From: the human T2T-CHM13v2.0 reference genome, Homo sapiens
Strand: one strand, 5' to 3'
Assembly: GCF_009914755.1 (NCBI RefSeq)
Contig: NC_060930.1
DNA length: 64,000 bases
Of the stretch, positions 13,401 to 25,957 are shown in pieces; the stretch's first letter is position 1; every line of letters starts with the position of its first letter. The notes under the pieces are model-generated. The model worked only from the letters and a program-made list of their open reading frames with translations, did not search any database and was not told the origin of the DNA. Both the position numbers and the translations under genes were made by a program.

Positions 13401-15023
13401 AGAAGTCAAAATTCATGAGAAAAAGTCTTAGCAGCTGGGGATAGAAGGCAACTTCCTTAACCTGATAAAGGAAATCTAAAATTAACTGCAAATATTATAT
13501 TTAATGCTGTAAGACTAAATGTTTTCTTTCTAAGACTGGAAATAAAGCAAGGATATCTACCCTCAACCCTTCTAGTCATCATCATACTGAAAGTCCTCAT
13601 CAGCACATTAAGGTAAGAAAAAGAAATAAAATCATGTATATTAAAGAGGAAACAATAAGCATCTTTTTTACATAAGAAATGATTGTCCAGGTCAAAAATT
13701 CAAAAGAAATTTTTTAAACTTCAAAAGTGAATGAGTATGTTTATCAATATCATAGGCTATAAGATCAGTATCCTAAAGTATCTAAGCTAAAAATCATAAA
13801 CACAGAAAAAAGAATCAAAGATCTAAGTAAATGAAAATATATATAATTATCATTGATTAGAAATCTCAATATTGTTGAGATGTCAAATGTTCCCAAACTG
13901 ATCTGTAGATTCAATACAATCTCAACCAATATCCTAGTAGATTTCTCTGTAGATATATACAAGGTGATTATAAAATATATGGACAATTAAAGAAACTAAA
14001 ATACAAAAACAATTCTGAAAAAGAAGAGTACCGTAGGAAGACTACAACTACCTGATTTCAACACATACTAAAAAATTTCAGAAATCAAGACAAGGTGGCA
14101 TTTGTGAAAAGAGAGACAGATAGATCAATGGAACTGAAGAGGTCCAGAAACTGACTACCTTTTAAAAAGTTACAAAAGTAATTCAGTAAAGAGAGAATAA
14201 CCTATCATTCAACAAATGGTGCTGAAACAATTTGACACTCATAAGCAAGAAAAGAAAAAGAAAAATATCTTAACATATACCTCACACTGTATATACAAAA
14301 ATTAGCTCAAAATGGATCCAGGCATAAATCTACAAGTTTCATAGAAATATAAAACTTTTAGGCAAAGAATGTAGAGAAAATCTTTGTGGCCAAAGTATTT
14401 TTAAGTACAACATAAAAATACAATCCATGAAAGAAAAAAAATATATGCATTGACTATCATAAAAAATTAAAACATCTTATGCTGTGAACAACTCTGTTAA
14501 GAGCAGAGAAAAACATGCCATAGGTTAGTAGGAAAATACATTCATGTCCAATACCTGACAAAGCACTTGTATCCAGAATATGTAAAGAGCTCTCAAAACT
14601 CAATAATAAGAAAACAATACATATTTTTTAAATGGGCAAAATATTAAAAAGCCACTTCAGAAAGGAAGATATGTGAAAGTCAAAAAATAAATACAAAGAT
14701 GATCAATGTCATTAGTCATGAGAAAAATAAAAATGAAAATCACAAGATATCACTATACACACATTAGAATGCCTAAAATTAACAGCTAAAACATTATGAT
14801 ACCAAATTTTTGTGCAGATAAAGTGTGGTAAACTCTCAGACATTGCTGGTATGAATGCAAAATGAAACATCCACTTTGTAAAGCAGTTTGGACATTTCTT
14901 TTGAGGTTAGACAAGAAAGTTCAGAATTTAGTGTCTAATTAAATGGTGAAAGAAAAAAAGGAAAAGTAAGAAAGTAAAGACTCAAAGACATTTCAGTCAC
15001 AAGTTGCTATTAAGATATAACAA

Positions 15024-15676
15024 TAATACAGGAGTTTTTAAAACATTACTTTTAGGCAGCTAGAAAGAGTAAAAGAGTTCTGGGTGGAATTTTCCTTTAA
15101 TAAAAAGCAGCCCCAAATCATTTCTTCTCTAACAGAAAGCAGCCTGGAGAGTCAGGCATAAATATGCAAACTAGAAGCTTTTATATGTAAATGTCAGCAG
15201 CTGTACCTGGAAGCTAGGTATATTCAAAATGGTGTTTTCCACTCTCTTTTCCTTGTCACCACATGTGCTAGTATTATGGCACCCACCAAGTAAAACCACG
15301 TGTTCAGGCATCATGGTGACTGCCAGGTAGAGGTCGAATTTGCATAATAATAACAAAGACTAGTGTGGGAAGGCCAGTCTTTACACGGGATATGTAAATG
15401 GTACACCTGGTCAAACCAATCCCCTGGGCCCTATGTAAATTAATCACCACCTCCTCAAGCATCTGTACAAAATCGATTGCCTTCCACCCAAACCAGAGAC
15501 CTTCTCTTGGGAGACCCACTTCTCAGCCTGAGGAAGCCCTTTCTCTCTCTCTTCTTTTTTGTCTATTAAACTTTCTGCTCCTAATTCCATTCCTCATGTG
15601 TGCCCATGTCCTGAATTATTTCTCAACAGAGACAAAGAACCAGGGTGTATACCCCAGACAATGAGCCATTTTAGCA
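15024..15676 (+). mobile_element. ERV1 LTR, MER66/MER73 group, near full length
   Basis: tacaggagtt...ttttaggcagctagaaag...aataaaaagcagcccc...ctattaaactttctgctc...taccccagacaatg. Confidence 0.75.
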
Positions 15677-16736
15677 AGATGTAATAGGAGAAACATGAAC
15701 TCAAGTCCTGCAGACTCCCTCTTCCTTTAGGTGTCCTTGGCCACACTGTGCCTATGTTTTTATGTCTACAAAGTAGAACTAATACTACAAGCCCCAAGAA
15801 TGTAGTAGGTTTCAAATAAGTTAATAAATTTTAAATACTTTCAGAGGATTTTATAATCAAATATAGACTTATACTGCATATATGATTATATTGAAAAAGT
15901 TGAAACTCTCTCTAAGGAGAGTCAGTCTGTGCCACTAAAATAGGAAAGTGATTTATTTTAAAATGTACTGGACACAAAATGGGTACAGATTTTGTTTTCT
16001 TCAGAAATATTACTTCATATCCATATCCAACGTTGTATGTTATCAACAACACCATTGGAGTAGTATAGAGGGATTCTTTGTCATGACATGTAATTACTTA
16101 ATTCTATTCAATTTCATATTGTTTTTCTACCTGCCAACTTTTCTCTTTTGACTTAGTGTACATGTGTGCATGTGAATGTCTGTGTGTTCATGTGTGTGTG
16201 TTTATATTTTAATGCATCTTCAGTCATGGTACTGCTACTGGAAAAAAATAAGCAGCTGAATTTTCTGTATACTATGACACTATGAAACTAAATATTCTTA
16301 TATCTTCAATCTACCTATTGTGAAAATAAAACAAATTTTCTATATTTAGACTGCAAAGTAAAATATAGTGGAAGAAATATAGTGCATAAAGTGGGCGAAA
16401 AGAAATAAATGTAGTATATATAGATCATGTCAGTGGCAAAGATGAAGGAACAGGAACACGGGATAGTTGATAAGTCAAGAGAAGAAAGACGTTTAGTCAA
16501 ACAACAGAGCTTGTGAAAAAAATTATATCAAATTAACAGACAGAAAACTTTATTACATCTATTACACCTTTCTAACAATGTCTATGAATAACTAATGTAA
16601 TATTTTTAAAGACTTTAAAATGCTGCATCAATTAGAAAATGTAAAAATAGATTGGACAAATAATCAGAGATGAATCATGAAGACGAATCTTTCCTTCAAC
16701 CTCCAGATCTTATCCCCTTTGAAGATAACTTTATGG

Positions 16737-17219
16737 TGTGAAAACTGGGGCTCACAAATCACTAAGCTAAAGGGAAAAGTCAATGTGGGAACTACTGGGG
16801 CAAACCTGCCTCCCTTTCTATTCAAAGCCACCCTCTGCTCACTGAGTTAAATCCATATCTGATTGCCTCCTTTGGAGAGGCTAACAGAAACTCAAAGGAA
16901 TGCAACCATTTGTCTCTTCTCTACCCATGACCTGGAAGGCCATCCCCACTTCGAGTCTTCCTGCCTTGCTTTGAGTTGTCCCGCCTTTCCAGACTAAACC
17001 AATGTTCATCTTGCATATGTTGATTGTCTCATGTATGCCTAGCATATGTTGTTTGATGTCTCATGTCTCCCTAAAATGTAAAACCAAACTGTGCTCTGAT
17101 CACCTTCGGCACATGTCGTCAGGACCTCCTGAAGTTGTGTCATGGGCATGTGTCCTCAGCCTTGGCAAAATAAACTTCCTAAATTAACTGAGACCTGTCT
17201 CAGATTTTCAGGGTTCACA
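16737..17219 (+). mobile_element. MER4A/MER4A1 solo LTR
   Basis: tgtgaaa...cactaagctaaagggaaaagtcaa...gagacctgtctcagattttcagggttcaca; TSD (T/A)ATGG. Confidence 0.88.
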
Positions 17220-17859
17220 AATGGTAACTGCTTTTCAGTTAGAAAACTTAAGCTGCAAGCTTTCTTCATCAGTGGTTCAGTTAACGTATGTTCTTTATCC
17301 TAAGTTTATTTTAAATGCAAAATTTCCTCCCCAAATGCTTTCTTTGTAATTTTATCTTAGCTAAAACAGTGTCCTCTTAGATGAAATTAATATTTTGTTT
17401 CTCATTTCACCGTAAGAAATAGCTATTTCTCATAATTAAGTCAGTTTCTTGATTTCAAGATTACTCTCATTTATCTAATCCTAAATTAGTTTAAAATTAA
17501 TCACTACAAATAAAATGAAATTTAATTAAAAACCAATTTAACCACTTCTTGAAGAGCTAACTATTCATTAAAATCTCCAAGCTAGATTTCACACTATAAT
17601 ACAATAAAATTTTTGGTCAGTGACACTCAAGTGATATTATACTTCAGTGTATCCAAAAAACAAAAATTAAAAATTGGGCAGCAATGCACCTGCTTAATAA
17701 TAAATATCATCGCTTCAAGGTATTTAATCTCTAAGTAAACAAGAGTGCAAATTATTTTAACTGATGAACATTTAAGTCCATGACCGATTGTAATATCCCA
17801 TTCAAGTCCCTCTTTTATTTTTTTAGAAATGCTACGTATATTTTCACTATTAGGCAAGG

Positions 17860-18207
17860 TGATATAGTTTGGCTGTGTCCCACCCAAATCTCACCTTGAA
17901 CCGTAATAATCCCTATGTGTCAAGGGTGGGGCCAGGTGGAGATAGTTGAACTATGGGAGTTGTTTCCCCCATTCTGTTCTTGTGGTAGTGAATAAGTGTC
18001 ATGAGATCCGATGGTTTTACAAATGGGAGTTCCCCTGCACAAGCTCTCTTGCCTGGTGCCATGTAAAACAAGCCTCATTCGCCTTCTGCCATGATTGTGA
18101 GACATCCTTAGCCATGTGGAACTGTGAGTCCATTAAACCTCTTTTTCATTATAAATTACCCAGTCTCAGGTATGTCTTTATTCACAGCATGAGAGCAGAC
18201 AAACACA
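17860..18207 (+). mobile_element. THE1C-type MaLR solo LTR
   Basis: Start tgatatagtttggctgtgtcccacccaaatctc; perfect TSD CAAGG. Confidence 0.9.
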
Positions 18208-18362
18208 CAAGGTATTGGATATAAATAAGTTTTACCCTAAAGGAGTTTATAATCTGTTTGGGAGACATGAACTACACATGAAAATTCAGAAAGCAAGAGC
18301 AAAATTAAAATTAAAGAAATAGGAAAGGCAGTATTGTAAAATAAGTGGTAGAGAAAGAGTAA

Positions 18363-18800
18363 AAAGCTAAAAAGGGTAGAAGAGTTCTAGGTGGAATTTT
18401 CCTTTAATAAAAAGCAGCCCCAAACTATTTCTTCTCTAACAGAAAGCAGCCTGAAGAGTCAGGCATAAATATGCAAACTAGAAGCTTTTATATGTAAATG
18501 CTGGCAGCTGTACCTGAAAGCCAAGTACATTCAATATGGCGTTTCCCACTCTCTTCTCCTTTTCACCACGTGTGCCCGTGTCATGGCGGCCTCCAGGTAA
18601 TACCACACTGTGCATGCATCCTGGCAGAGCTCCAGGCAGTGGCACATTTGCATAATAAAAGACTAGGATGGGAAGGCCAGGCTTTTCCCAGGCTATGTAA
18701 ATGGCATACCTGGTCAAACCAATCCCCCCACCCGGCCCTAGTAAATCAATCACCACCTCCTCAAGCCTCTGTACAAAATCGACTGCATTCCATCCCAAAC
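18363..18800 (+). mobile_element. Second MER66/MER73-group LTR fragment, truncated at both ends
   Basis: Colinear with about 15057-15493; no LTR termini or TSD visible. Confidence 0.8.
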
Positions 18801-19084
18801 ACACACATTTGAGTTCAAAGAAGAGATCCAACTGAGCTGGAGTGTCACAGGGACACCTGTGTTATGCCAGCATTTGTGCTATATGCTGGGAACACAAAAG
18901 AATGAGACATATCCTTATCTGCTAGGTGCTTGAAGTCTAGTTAATGAACTAGAAAATGTGACCAATAAACCATATGAGCTGAATCTAAAAGTATACGTGT
19001 AATTTAAATATGTATACAAAAGAGAGAGGCACCTGGCAAACATAAAGAATGGGGAAGGAGAGTAGTGTTTTTGAACAACTGTGG

Positions 19085-19262
19085 GCTCAGCACTTGACAT
19101 ATCTCACTTTCATCTCCACAATACTGCAAAGTCATTACTACTATTATCCCCTTTGTCTAATGAGAAGACAAGTTAAAACAAGTGAAAGAACTTGCCACAA
19201 ATTATTCAGCTTATAAAGTGGCAGAGGTAAGATCATAATTTGAGCCTATCTGGCTACAAATC
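19085..19262 (-). mobile_element. MIR SINE
   Basis: tattatccctttg...gaacttgccacaa...aagtggcagag...ttgagcc MIR core. Confidence 0.65.
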
Positions 19263-19390
19263 CCCTCTCACAGGTATAAATATTAAGAAGGGAGTCCTTC
19301 TCCACACGTTTTATGTGAGCAGAAAGTTTGTAGTCACCTCTCTTGGGTACAGGTCTGTGATTATAAAATCCCAAATCTCCTATATTACTT

Positions 19391-20363
<973 letters not shown>

Positions 20364-20803
20364 CCTTCCTTCACAACTTTGTGCATGCTATCCTTCAGTG
20401 TTTCTCTGCAGAGTAAATACAGGAAGAAGAGCAATAAAGGATCATTCTGGATGTATAACTCCTGCTTGTCAACCTTTCACTAGGAAGTAGGTATGAGAGA
20501 AGGAAATAGGAAGCATTTACCAAGGGCAGATATCAGGTAACAACTATGTTTTAAGTCCTATACTTGAAACTTGGGCACTGAGCAGATCCCAGACATCATC
20601 TAATGAAGCTCTTACCACACAAGTACTGTAGCATATTAATTGAGCATCATTCGAAGCACCAGAGATTAGAATGCCACTAGACATAATGCTATGTGGATTC
20701 AAAAGCAGTAATGGTGAAAACAGTTTGAACTCCCTACGTCTACTAGAAGAGACAGCAAACGAGTAGCTGTTCTTTAGAAAACTAGTTTTATTATTAATGT
20801 TTT

Positions 20804-20865
20804 ATGGGTTTTCCAGTGAAGACCAGAGAACTTGCTAGACAAATTCTAAAAGAGCTGTAACACTG
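20804..20865 (-). pseudogene. U7 snRNA processed pseudogene
   Basis: Minus strand reads cagtgttacagctcttttagaatttgtctagcaagttctctggtcttcactggaaaacccat; degenerate A-tail 20786-20803; TSD gaaaactagtttt / gataacttgtttt. Confidence 0.92.
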
Positions 20866-23098
20866 GATAACTTGTTTTGATGGAGGCATGTGGGAGAGAA
20901 CGATTGATTGATTTGGAAAGAAAATTCACATACTGGATGATCAAATCATATGAAGCTTATATGTTTTAAATGATGTTTGAGTCTCTAGTGTGACTAATGA
21001 GGAGCCCTAGAGGATATTTTCCACCATTCACTGGCTCAGTGCATGTCTGTCACCACAGCTTAAGTGAATCCAAACAAACCGATGAGCCACTATATCATAA
21101 TCATGGAAGCCCATTTCATGGCAACTCACAGACTTCATTCTAAAACGTGCAGCAAGATCCATCCAAGATTAAGGCTGGCTACATCCCAAGGCTGGCTACA
21201 TCCAAAGATCAAGCAAAATTGAGTCAACAATGATTATGTGACATGTTTAACACAGGCCTGATCATCATTACTTTATACCCAAGACACTCAGTTTGCTCTA
21301 TATTCATATCATTTATTTGCTCTGATAAATATCTCTAATACAGACAGCAGAGTGGTTGTTGACTTTCACTTTCAACATCTAAGAGTAAGTTCACCCTCCG
21401 AGGATAGGTCTGGTTGGCTTTCATCAGGATCAGATGTATTACTTAGGAAGCCACACATACCAAGGAATTCCAAGTACTCCACAAAGAGAATGCAAGCGGG
21501 AGGAATTAGTGCAATAACTAAACTACCTACTGAACTGGAGCACACCCACAAACTTCAATTTCTCTCTCTAGTTACATATCTACTGTTATAATAATGTTTT
21601 ACACCAAAGAAAGCTTAATCTCTAACCCAGATGTTTTTACGCCACAAACATTAATTTTCAAATGTGCAGAGAATATTAGACTCAAATACCCTACAGGCTT
21701 TGTTAAACCTAATTTAAAACCCTAAAATTACAACTTATTCAGAACTTACCCCTTCAAGCCTTCCAGATATACCTAATACCCTGTCCAGTGGAATCCGCTT
21801 ACTGAAGAATTAATAGGCTTATGAGACTTTGAAATAAAGTTTGCCATAGGGAGTCACACTGCTGACTTAGTTATTATGAAAAAAATGCTGTCTTTATATA
21901 TTTCACTATTCCTCAAATACTCTTCTTGTAAATCACACTGAGCATCACTGGGTTTTATTAGGGAATGAGGATGTATTGCTAACCTCCAGGCATCATAGAA
22001 AATAACCACCTTTTCCCACCTAAATTCCTTCAATAAATCAACACAAAATTTTAAAATCTGAAAGCCATGCATTTTGTATTATGCCACAATCTTAGGCCAA
22101 TTTTTTCGTGTGAGTTTTCTCTCAAAATCCTCTCTGGTACCTGAAGTTTTGTTATCATAGACTCATAACTTAAAGCTTTTATCATGGTTAAAATGCAAAT
22201 CTTTCCAGAAGAAACCACCTTGTTCTAATACTTCATTTTCTCAATGTTTTGTAGGAACAGAGACACGTTTCTGAAGGTAGGTGACAGGAGACAGCAGAAG
22301 GATAAAGGGTACAGAATGAGAAGACGATTTATACCAGAGTTGTCACTTAAGTATATTTAGAGGTGGACTTTACAAATCCAAAGAAATTCATATTCATCAT
22401 AATCATTGATACTTAAATTACAGTAAATGTATCATTGAGTTCATATTGTTTGAAATTAGCACTGAGGATGAACTAGAATCTAATGCAAATATACCCATGT
22501 ATCAAGTGAATACCTAAAATCAAGTCAATTTGACTTCTCTTTATCTCAAATGTTTAAAAAAATCTGAGAAAAAAATATTCCAGAGAGATAAATTGAAATA
22601 TTAGAGATAGAGTTGCTGATTCATTAATTCACCAAGGTAATGTAACTAGGGGTTCACTAGAGCCATTCCTTGGAACATATGCACATCATATCAAAACCAC
22701 AAATCAATTTTATTTTTTAAAAATCCATCAAAACTGCCATTTGTAGCAAGTGTTTTGAGCTAGAGGTATAAAAAAGTACTCCACATAGAGAATATTTATA
22801 ATACTATATAAAATATTAAAACAATCTACCTTTTTGTCATGGATGAGTTTATTTAAAAATAGGGAATAACCTCAGAGGTAAGAGCAAAGAAAAATTGATT
22901 CCAGAGAACTATGCAGCACATTAAAGCAGGCATTTTCCCTAGGTTGACATTTCAGAAGCCCCTGAATACAGGAGATAAATAAAATCTAGAGACAAGCAAG
23001 ATGGAAGATCAAAGTGAGCACCTCCACACAAAAGAAGGCTCCCTAAAGGGAAGGGCAATACCTTCAAAAGGTCTATTAGTTAAAAAAAATGTTCCATA

Positions 23099-23463
<365 letters not shown>

Positions 23464-24383
23464 CTAGAAATATAAGAAGTTCTGCTGGCTAGTCCTAATT
23501 CTGGGTCAAAGGAGGAAGCACTCTACAAACTATCTCCTCCATGGAACATAGCTGGGGCCCAAGGCAGCCCAAAACATGGAAGTGGCAACAGAGAGAGTTC
23601 TAGAAACCCTCAAGTTCTCTCCTGAAGACTCGGAAAGGTTTCCTGACACTCAGAGAACGTGGAGGGAAATTTCCCCATTTGTCTCTAATTTTTTTTTCTT
23701 TTCTCTCATGCCCTAGCCTTCAGGTGATCTCACAGTAGTGGTATAAACGAGGAATATTGGCACCAGCAAGGTCCAAAAGGTACCTAAAATTTGAGGCAAG
23801 GGAAACTTTGTTTCCAATAGAGAAGTGGTGGTCTAAAGAGGATAGGTGCTTATTTTCTTTCTCAGTCTTCCTGTCACTTGACCCCAGACATGAGCACAGT
23901 TGCAGAAAATGAGCTGCAGAGAAGAATTCCTAAAACTTGAGCTTCAGGCCAGAGGACCAAAATTAGGAGTACCAGAAAATCCTTTAGGACACTAAGAAAT
24001 GAAGGGAACTTTCTTAACCCGAGAAAGGGAATCTATTTTTAAAAAGAAAAGGTAATTACACTAAAATCACAAAAAATCATGGAGTGTTGAAAGTATCATA
24101 TTTTAAATTTAAAAAGCTAGGTATGCCACCATCATCACTTGTCTTTCTTAAGATTAATAGCAGGTACATTGGTATTTGCCTTATTATTGTAACTATTATT
24201 ATTGCTACTTAGTCTGTACATTGGTTGTGGATACTTTTATGCTTAATATAAATTTTTTTCCAAAAGAGTGACAAGTATTATAAAGCAAACAAACAAAAAT
24301 GTGTATTCATTACTGTATATATAAAGTCCATGTTGTAATTAGAGAAATACACTACATAGAAAATTTTAAAACAAGATTTCTAG

Positions 24384-24753
<370 letters not shown>

Positions 24754-25625
24754 CGTTGATTTATTTTCTAAAAAATTAACTGAGTCAGACTCAGTATCCT
24801 TTAAGACATGGTCACACACGCTATGATTCTTTTAAACTAACTGATGACCAGTCTCTAGGTTTTCAATCTAACTTGAATATTTCTGTGTAATTATGGTACA
24901 TTTTTTCATTCTGACAAGGAATGACAAAATGAAAATTATATAAAATTCAAATTTCAGTGTCCGGAGATAAAGTTTTATTTAACTAAGCAGTACTCATTGG
25001 TTTATGTATTCTCTATGGCTGCCGAGTTGAGTACGTGAAACAAAGACCTTATCTGGTACTCTCATTACTTTTCACTGCTATTCAGTTCACAAATCACAGT
25101 GACATAGTTATAACTTGACAGCTCTTCAAATAACATGTATATCTCCATATTGCAACTTTATTTTTTATTATCACTGCATACCCATTCTGTGAAAACAAGA
25201 AAAGTGGGCTTTGCACTTAAAGGCAGAATCAAGTGTGGATATTGTTATCTTAGTTAACAAGAATTGTATTCGTTATATGATAACAATATAGCTGTGCTAA
25301 AAGATTATAATGTATGTTGATATTACCAGATTCAGCATTTATCACAATATTGATCGCTACAGAAAAGGAAATATGTTCAGAGAAAGTAATCTTGTTTAGG
25401 ACTATTAGCCTTTCTGCAAGAACAGTTGTTCAAAGAGTTGAGGACTTTAGGAGAAAAATCAAATAATTTTTTTAAAGAAAAATGATTTAGAGTGCTTTTC
25501 ATTGGTTGTTGACAAATTGAGGGATATTACTAACACAGTTGGCCTGCTGTATCCATGGGTTCTACATCAATGAATTCAACTAACGGCCATTGAAAATATT
25601 TGGAAAGAACGATAGAAAAATAGCA

Positions 25626-25945
25626 GGCTGGGCGCAGTGGCTCACACCTGTAATCCCAGCACTTTAGGAGGCCAAAGTGGGTGGGTCACCTGAGGTCAAG
25701 AGTTTGAGACCAGCCTGCCCAACATGGCAAAACCCAGTCTGTACTAAAAATACAAAAAATTAGCCAGGCATGGTGGCAGTGCCTGTAATCCCAGCTACTC
25801 AGGAGACTGAGGCAGGAGAATCTCATGAACCTGGGAGGTGGAGCTTGCAGTAAGCCGATATCATGCCATTGCACTCCAGCCTGGGCGACGAGAGTGAAAC
25901 TCCTTCTCAAAAAAAAAAAAAAAAGAAAGAAAAGAAAAGAAAAAA
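25626..25945 (+). mobile_element. AluS (Sq/Sp-like)
   Basis: Full dimer, gccattgcactccagcctgggcgacgagag, A-rich tail. Confidence 0.93.
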
Positions 25946-25957
25946 ATAAAGCAATAC

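Larger units (their letters stand above)
11515..14910 (+). mobile_element. Old L1M ORF2 remnant, interrupted by an LTR and a U5 fragment
   Basis: Degenerate EN/RT/C-terminal ORF2 motifs (ctggttctttgaaaagac, aactacagaccaatat, gatctgtagattcaatacaatc) with many stops and frameshifts. Confidence 0.88.

Noticed and set aside
15024-18800. Two related LTRs as the ends of one provirus
   Set aside because: No gag/pol/env or PBS between them, the second LTR lacks termini, and there is no shared TSD
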